DNA of 64,000 nt from Octopus sinensis. Taxonomy: Eukaryota. The DNA is taken from NCBI RefSeq assembly GCF_006345805.1, contig NC_043009.1, positions 3,906,001 through 3,970,000 on the forward strand, given 5' to 3'. The translations under genes were made by a program, and so were the position numbers. Below, one piece after another: positions 55,621-64,000 of this stretch (position 1 is its first letter; each line of letters begins with the position of its first letter). Below the pieces are notes generated by a model. The model was not told where the DNA came from, did no database searches, and worked only from the letters and a program-made list of their open reading frames with translations.

Positions 55621-57290
55621 CTATATATTTGAGTGTCTATGTGTGTATGTGTGTGTACCCTTTATAGACATGTTCTTGTACATATGAATGAACACGCTTA
55701 TATGTGCGTGCGTGCGTGTGTGCATGTACATGTTGGATGGATGTATTTGTATGTATGTGTATATGCATATATATGTACAAGCAAATGCGAGTGCATGTAC
55801 GTTATGTATAGGTTTGTGTGTCTATATGTGCGGGCGTGTACGTGCGGGTGCAAGTGTGAGTGTGTGTAAGTTTGTATGTGTGTGCGTGCGCACGGGTGTA
55901 CCAGTGTGTGTGTGTGGCAGTCGGTGTACGTAAATATATATGTGTTTGTGTGTCTATAAGTGTGTGCGTGTGTGTGTGTGTCTGTGCACCAGTAAGGGTA
56001 TGTGTGTATGTGTGGGGCGGTCAGTGTGCGTGTAAATATAGAAGGATACGAACGTATATATGAGCAGCGTGGCGCTAGTGCTTATATGGGCGAGCGTATG
56101 TAAATGTGAGTGAATATGTTTACCTATTTAGAGGATGACCGATGTCTATCGATATGTATGTATATGTGTGCGCGCGTGCGTGTGTGTGGTGGGTGCATGC
56201 GAATGTATAGAGGTGTGCGCGCGCACATATACATATGTATGCGTGTGAGTGTCCTTTTGCACGTGTGGGTAGGTATAGCCAGCCACATAGTCAAAAATCT
56301 AGAATGTGACCATAGTGTTATGCTTGACTGCGCTAACCAAGCCAGCAAACGCTTACGCATGCTAAAGCCGCTCAGTCTAATGCCATAAACACCCCCTCCA
56401 TATACACTAGATTCTCTTCCTTTTTTCTGATCTTTTAGCAACGACTTCCCGACCACAAACATAAACACCTGAACCCCTATTCATAGTAAATGCTTTGTGT
56501 TTTTACCTTTCTATTTTCTTCCTGACCACATCTTCCTCACTTTACCAAATAGGTGTGAACTGCTAGAATCACAATATCAGCATATATAAAATGTAGATAA
56601 AATGTAAATCTGAGAACTCGTGAAGCATCTTACGTCACCTGACGTTGCTCTTTTGCACCTTGCGTTGCATCTGGTGTCATTACATCGTTCCACACCGACT
56701 AGGGAGCAACGCAGAATGTAACCGAAACGATTGTTGTGTTAATAAATGCATCTAGTTACACTCCGTCTTCCGAATTAATCTTTTAAAATCATATATGTGC
56801 GTGTGTGTGTGTGTGTATACATATATACACACATCCTCTCTCTCTCTCTCTCTCACGCACACACACATATGTATATATATGATGCATTATATCTACTGAT
56901 TACGGGTGATACCAATTTTAAATTCGTATTTTTCTAGATATTTAAATAAATACCTAATATATATTGCTCACGTCTAAAGCCAACCAAAACTTGGAATATA
57001 ACCAATATGTGTTATAAGCATTCCCAGAAAAAAAATTTAAATGTCTTGTTCTGGTATGTACGTCAACTAATATTCTGACTAGCCTGTTTAATACTGTGCA
57101 TTTTGTCAAAGATCTTGTAAAGCGATAGTTGTCACTGAGAAAATTCATTCTGTTAAAGATAATATTAATGTCTACATACATAGAAATAGAAGAAAGACTT
57201 ATGTCATATCTTTTTCTACAACTTACACCTCTGTTCCAAAAGGTGTAAAGAATTTTAATCATTTTACTATATTTCCATTTAAAATACAAA

Positions 57291-58190
57291 TACGAGATGT
57301 TATCAAAAGGTTCCAGTATTAGTAATGCTTTTAAAAAATAACTTATTTACCTAGGTTTCAGCATAATCTCCTTCGAAATAGTCGAAGTGCACAGTGATAT
57401 ACCGGTCCCAACTTACCTGCCGCTTTTGGAATGCGTCTTGGAATTCGTTTTCCGTAAGCGAGTCGAGGAACTTCTGCACTTCGATCTTGATCTCGATAAC
57501 GGTGTTAAAACGGTGACCGTCGAGCTGCATTTTTATCTTGGAGGAAAGGTGGAAGTTCGCAGGAGCCAACTCTGGAGAATAGGGCAGGTGCTGAAGCGAT
57601 ACCAGCTTGATTTTGACGAGAAACACACGATTGAGGAAAGCTTAGTGACTGAGAGCATTGCCGTCATGTAGACTCCAGTTCTTCGCTCTTCACAGATCAG
57701 GATGTTTTCGCTGAATGTCCTCCATCAAACACTTCAAAACGACGAAGAACTCTCGATTGATGATCTGGCCCTGTGGGAAGAATTCCCGATGCACAATACC
57801 GCGGATGTCAAGAATAAAGATAAGCTCACTTTTGATTGAATTGCGGCTCTGTCGTGCTTTTTGAAGCGCCCGTAATATGAAAAACATTGCATACATCTCA
57901 TTGCCTTGTCGCCGTAAACTTGCCGAAATATGCTCACTGTTTCTTTAGCAGACTTCCCAAGTTTAAGGCAAAATTTTGCGTTCGTTCCTTGTCCAACTTC
58001 CTGTCCATGGCAAAAATCGCAGACTCCGACATACACCTAATCATAAAACACAGACTTCACAACTTGCGAAGTAAGCAGGGCGATGTTACTCGGTACACTT
58101 CTTCATGAAGGTCACGGCTAGTTCTCACTGCGCACGCAATTGTCTGCTACCATATTATGATGCGCTACAGAACTAGTCTGGGAACTCGTA
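57291..58190 (-). mobile_element. Mariner transposon, internally deleted relic
   Basis: KFCLKLGKSAKETVSIFRQVYGD, DIRGIVHREFFPQGQIIN and LPYSPELAPANFHL; TACGAG...CTCGTA termini. Confidence 0.88.
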
Positions 58191-58235
58191 TCATTGACGG
58201 AAACACAGCTAGAATAATTTATTCCTTTAATATTC

Positions 58236-58621
58236 TTTTCTACTCTAGGCACAAGACCCGAAATTTTCGAGGAGGGGGCCAGTCGATCTCAGTACGCAAC
58301 TGGTACTTAATTTATCAACCCCGAAAGGATAAAAGGCGAAGTCGACCTCAGGGAAATTAGAACTCAGAACATAAAGACGGACGAAATACCTATTTCTTTA
58401 CTACCCACAAAGGGCTAAACAGAGGGGACAAACAAGGACAGACAAACGGATTAAGTCGATTACATGGACCCCAATGCGTAACTGCTAGTTATTTTATCGA
58501 CCCCGAAAGGATGAAAGGCAAAGTTGACCTCGGCGTAATTTGAACTCAGAACGTAACGGCAGACGAAATACCGCTAAGCATTTCGCCCGGCGTGCTAACG
58601 TTTCTGCCAGCTCACCGCCTT
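58236..58621 (-). mobile_element. SINE family B (2 modules)
   Basis: Head AGGCGGTGAGCTGGCAGAAACGTTAGCACGCCGGGCG on minus. Confidence 0.85.
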
Positions 58622-60308
58622 TTTATTCCTTTAATATTGCATCCTCAATCACAAAATTTATCATCAGAGGTTCCTTCCTATAGAAATAATGCAATTTCCT
58701 TCCTATGTACATGTAACTCCACTATCATCATTTTTTTATCCACGTATGCATGTCTCTGTGACCCTGTCTATCTATCAAACTGTACCAAGCACTCTTCATC
58801 AAGTATCTGCAGAATGAGAACCTGAAGCATTTTCACTCAAAAGCTCTTAAATCTCCTTGCTAATAATAAATATAGTTTCTATTTAAAATGGTGATATATG
58901 CACCTCTAAATATACCAAGTTAAGGCTATGTCGCATTAAAATGATATAACACAACCTTATCCAGATATGTCCTGAATTTAAAAGAAACAAGTATAACTGC
59001 TGTTAAAATATGTCGGCCAATTCTAATTGTACTTCTCTGTACATAACATTGTAACATATTTTTCACTCTATCTCCTGGCGTATGAATGTTGATGTGTGTG
59101 TGTCCATTTTTATTGGTCCATTTTTAGAGATCAAAAATGGAAATGGATCGTCGTCGTAGGGAGTCATATCGGCTAACAACTTCCATTACAATTATTGTTT
59201 TAAACAACACATTTGTCTAAAGTGAAAACTGCGTTTCGGCGTCATTATCACCTCTTCAGTTACAAAAACTCCTCAGAGTTTTGCAGTTAATAGTAGTTGT
59301 CACTACATGTATAAGCAAAAACATACATACAAGCAAAGATTGTAAATACATAATGTATGCGTGTATAAATATATATATGTGTGTGTGTATGTGTATGTAT
59401 GTATGTAGTATGTATGTATGTATGTATGTATGTATGTATGTATGTATGTATGTATGTATGTTTACAGATGTTTGTATGTATATATGGAGAGGCGTAAAAC
59501 AAGTCAGTTTCTTACTATTGTTATGAATCTTTTTTTATTTTCCTCCATGGGCAAATAATGATTCTTATTTTAATTTTCAATTCTTCAATTTTAAAATATG
59601 TCAATGATGGGTTTTTTTTCTTGTTTTACATGCACACACCTGCTTTTTTTTAATTTATATATTCTATTTTCATTTTAATCGTCATTCTTCTTCTTCTTCT
59701 TATTATTATTATTATTATTATTATCATTAAATCTTTGTAAACGTCACTTATACAATGATACGTCCACAAGGAATATTTGTATTAAAAATTTTTTTCCGAT
59801 ACAAATTAACAACTAATAAGAACAAACCATAAACTTGTTTTTCCTTTAAATTGTTCTGGTTTTTTGCGAACGTATGTGGGTGTGTACGTGTTCACGTGAG
59901 TATACACACACACACACGCGCGCGCGCATACACACACACACACACACACACACATACATACATACATACATGTTGTATTTTTAAAGAAACGGCAATGAAA
60001 ATTGGAGTTTACGAAATATTGTGATGTTTCAGCTTTTATTAAAATGTGTGGGAATGCGTGTGAGCGGGCGCATGTGTGTGTTTATGTACGTGTAGGTGTG
60101 CATGCGGACGTGCATGCGCGAAGCAAAACACTAGTGATCGGTAGCACTGACACGGTTTCGATTCGAACCATTTCATTTAGCATGCTAATAATGATTGCGC
60201 GTAAAGCCCTACATTTAAATCTATACAATTTTGCATCTTAGAATATTGATGGAGCCGTCAACCTTACACAAGAGAGAAGAAATACATATTGCTGTCGAAC
60301 CGGTTTTC

Positions 60309-60605
60309 GTGGAGGCGCAATGGCCCAGTGGTTCTGGCAGCGGACTCGCGGTTTCGATTCCCAGACCGGGCGTTGTGTATGTTAATTGAACTAAAACACC
60401 TAAAGCTCCACGAGGCTCCGGAAGGGGGTGGGGGGTGGCGAACCCTGCTGTACTCTTTCTCCCCAATTTTCACTCACTCTTTCTTCCTGTTTTTTGAGTA
60501 ACGCTACGATGGACTGGCATCCCGTCCAGCTGGGGGGAACACATACGCCACAGAAACTGGGAAACCGGGCCCATGAACCTGGCTAGGCTTGAAAAGGGCG
60601 CATAG
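60309..60605 (+). mobile_element. tRNA-derived SINE family C, tail type 1
   Basis: TGGCCCAGTGG A box and GTTTCGATTCC B box; GATGGACTGGCATCCCGTCCAG...CAGAAACTGG resembles the Nin-type conserved SINE core. Confidence 0.75.
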
Positions 60606-60804
60606 AATATAACAGAGTTGAACCGTGTTTATCCGTAAGCGTATAGACCTTTCACCCAAGGTCGTATTCCTGACCCACTCGTCTTTGATATTTGGTTATT
60701 TGGGATCACATAACATAAGGGGCCATTTTCTCTTTATTTGAAAACTGAACCTCACACCTGAATCTTTCACGCTGGCTTCATCAAAGATAATGCTGCTGTT
60801 GCTG

Positions 60805-61140
60805 TTGAGCGAACGGTCTTCGTCCCAGAGCTTACAAGATGGGAGAAGTCCGAAACGTCCTTTGCTATTCGTAAGGCTCGCAGAAGAGAAAGCAGGTCAA
60901 CCCCCGACACCGAGAGCATCGACGGATGGATGAATGCGCATCCAGGCTCAGTGGTTGCGTAGGGAGTCGGGGACAAGAAACAGGAAGAAAGAGTGAGAGA
61001 AAGTTGGAGCGAAAGAGTGCAACAGGGGTCGCCACCACCCCCTGCCGGAGCCTCGTGGAGCTTTAGGTGTTTTCGCACATAACACCTGGTCCTCCGACCG
61101 CGAGTCTGCTGCCCTAACCATTGGGCCATTGCGCCTCCAC
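60805..61140 (-). mobile_element. tRNA-derived SINE family C, tail type 2
   Basis: Same head and body as 60309 but an unrelated tail; direct repeat TGCTGTTGCTG at 60794-60804 and 61141-61151 (TSD). Confidence 0.75.
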
Positions 61141-62244
61141 TGCTGTTGCTGCTAAAGTATCCTTGTTAAGACCGCAAGATGGAATCCTGCACAAAATGCT
61201 TATCGTCATTTAGTCTGTATATTATTTCTGAGTTCAAATTCTGACGTGGTCGTCTTTGCCGTTCATCCTTTCGGGAACGATGAAATAACTACCAGCTTAT
61301 CACTGAGGTTGATTGATTTAATCGATTAATCCCCTCCATGCATGATTCTAGGCCTTATGCTTATAGTAGGAAGGATTGTTATTACTGTTGTTGCTTCTTC
61401 TTCTTCTTCTTCTTCTTCTTCTTCTTCTTCTTCTTCTTCTTTTCTTCTTCTTCTTCTTCCAACAGGCTTCACGCCATTAGTCACAAAGAATATTCTCAAT
61501 AAACACTCACAATGACCGGTCTGGGAATCGAAACCGCATTCTTACGGCCGCTAGTCCGCTGCCCTAACCACTGGTCCATTGCCCCTTCACTGTTATCGCC
61601 GTTGTCTTTGTTGTTGTTGCTATCGTCATCACTGTCATCCTCGTCGTCAGCGTCATCCGTGTCGTCTACATTGCATTTATTGTCGCTGTTGTTGTTGTTG
61701 CTATTACTCTCATTGCTTTTCTTCTGACCGTCATCATCATCATCGTTGTAATTGCTTTTGTTGTCATCATCACTATTGATGTTTTGTTTGTTTGTTTGTT
61801 TGTTTTTTTTTTGTTTCTGGCCAGGGACATTTTCTGTTTTGTTATTGTTGCTATCGCTTTCGGACCCATTATTTCTGCCGCCGCCATTTTACACAACCAT
61901 GCAAACCATACCACAACACCATACGAAACACTGAAGCCAAAAGCCACAAACACACAACAAAATCCCAGCAACATACTCCCACCCCTTGCATCTTTACATA
62001 TCACACCCCACCCTTCTCTTACACTTTCCTCGCCTTCTGCAACCATCTTTTTTTCTCATATCGCCTCCTCTTTTCCTCATTCGTTTTTTTTTATATATAT
62101 TTTCACTGTCATTTCTCTATACATACATAGAAGGGGAAACTACCCTAAGGCCTATCTGGCCCCTATTTTTGTGTTCAGTGGTTTTCTTGCCAATATTTCA
62201 ATAACACCTTATATCAGTTGCATAAAATATTATTTCTATATATC

Positions 62245-62288
<44 letters not shown>

Positions 62289-62339
62289 GCATATATATAC
62301 ATATATATATATATTATATATATATACATATATATATAC

Positions 62340-62378
<39 letters not shown>

Positions 62379-62514
62379 CTACATATATATATATATTAGA
62401 GACGTAACTTGGTCCTTCCCTCTGGCACCACCAGAAGTCTGAAAGGATGGACACTGTTGTCAATATTGCCACCATTGTTATTATTGTTGTTGTTGTTTTT
62501 TTTTTAGTTATTTA

Positions 62515-62915
62515 GTGTTGCTGGAGGTGATCGCCGTAGCTGTGGTAGTGGTAGTTGTGGCGGTGATAGATACGGTGGTGGTGGTGGTGGTGGTGGTGGT
62601 GGTGGCGGCGTTGGTGGAATTGGTGTTGGTGGTAGTGGTGATGGTATTCATTGGGATTGTGGTGATGGTGATAGTCGATGTTGTGATGGTGGCTGTAGCG
62701 GTGGGGATGGTGGTGAGGTTGGTCACTATGGTGGTAATTGTTGTGATGATGGTGGTCACGGTGGAGTTAATGCTGATTCTAGTGGTAGTGGTGGTGGTGG
62801 TGGTGGTGGTGACGGTGGTGGTAGTGATGGCAATGGTGGTCATGGCGATGGTGGTCATGGTGGTTGTGGAGGTAGAGGTGGTGGTGATAATGGTGGTGGT
62901 GGTGGGGGGTGTAGA
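62515..62915 (+). repeat. Degenerate (GGT)n tract
   Basis: Direct reading. Confidence 0.8.
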
Positions 62916-63009
62916 AGTAATTATGACGTGGTTGTTGTTCTTGTTATTATTTATGTTACAGTTAACATCCGTTTGGCAAGTCGTTGTTGCGATGTTTCCG
63001 TTGCTGATC

Positions 63010-63048
<39 letters not shown>

Positions 63049-63115
63049 TTATTATTATTATTATTATTACCATATTATTATTATTATTATTATTATTATT
63101 TTATTATTATTATTA

Positions 63116-63182
<67 letters not shown>

Positions 63183-63248
63183 CATATTATTATTATTATT
63201 ATTATTATCATTATTATTATTATTATATTATTATTATTATTATCATTA

Positions 63249-63281
<33 letters not shown>

Positions 63282-63348
63282 CATTATTATTATTATTGTA
63301 TATTATTATTATTATCATTATTATTATTATGTTATTATTATTATTATT

Positions 63349-63379
<31 letters not shown>

Positions 63380-63453
63380 TATTATTATTATCATTATTAT
63401 TATATTATTATTGTCATTATATTATTATATTATTATTATCATTATTATTATTA

Positions 63454-63486
<33 letters not shown>

Positions 63487-64000
63487 CATTATTATATTAT
63501 TATTATTATATTATCATTATTATATTATTGTCATATTATTATTATTATGATTATTAGTATCATTATTATTATTTATTATTATATTATTATTTATTATTAT
63601 TATATTATTATTATCATTATTAGATTATTATTATTTTATTATTATTATTATTATTTTATTATTATGATATTATTATCATTATTATTATTATTATTATTGT
63701 CATTATTATTAGTATTTATTTTTATCATTATTATTATTATATTATTATTATTATTATCATTATTATATTATATTATTATTATTATATCATTATTATTATT
63801 ATTGTCATTATTATTATTATTATTATCATATATTAATTATTATTAGAATTATTTTATTATTATTATTATTATTATTATATTATTATTATTATCATTATTA
63901 TTATTATATTATATTTAGTATTATATATTATTATCATTATTATATTCTTTTATTATTTTTTTTTATTATTATTATTATTATATTGTCAGTATTATATTAT
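63010..64000 (+). repeat. Long imperfect (ATT)n tract
   Basis: Direct reading. Confidence 0.97.

Noticed and set aside
56690-56742. GAAA-CGATTG-TT-GTGT hammerhead 3' half
   Set aside because: The 5' core is not recognisable.
59224-59262. Minus-strand CTGAAGA-GGTG(ataatga)CGCC-GAAA
   Set aside because: Stem II is good but stem III, the cleavage site and stem I are broken; at most a dead relic.

Overview
Eukaryotic, AT-rich, microsatellite-saturated intronic/intergenic DNA. The SINE families and repeat make-up resemble octopus (coleoid cephalopod) genomes; this is an inference. Almost all ORFs in the track are microsatellite artefacts. Supported content: a 5'-truncated Penelope-like retroelement (PLE) with a GIY-YIG remnant, two mariner relics, a Tc1/maT-like relic, two MITEs, many tRNA-derived SINEs, a tRNA-Ser(TGA) pseudogene, one probable orphan coding exon and a 100-N gap. 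The main hidden signal is about 17 minimal type I hammerhead-ribozyme (HHR)-like motifs from several unrelated repeat families. They include a ~360-bp tandem retrozyme-like array with a compensatory U3-A8 core, a second U3-A8 family, an A6U family, HHRs with 55-85-nt stem II inserts, and a tRNA-head + microsatellite + HHR element that looks like a Penelope-dependent SINE. All ribozyme calls come from reading motifs and base pairing by eye; activity is untested.
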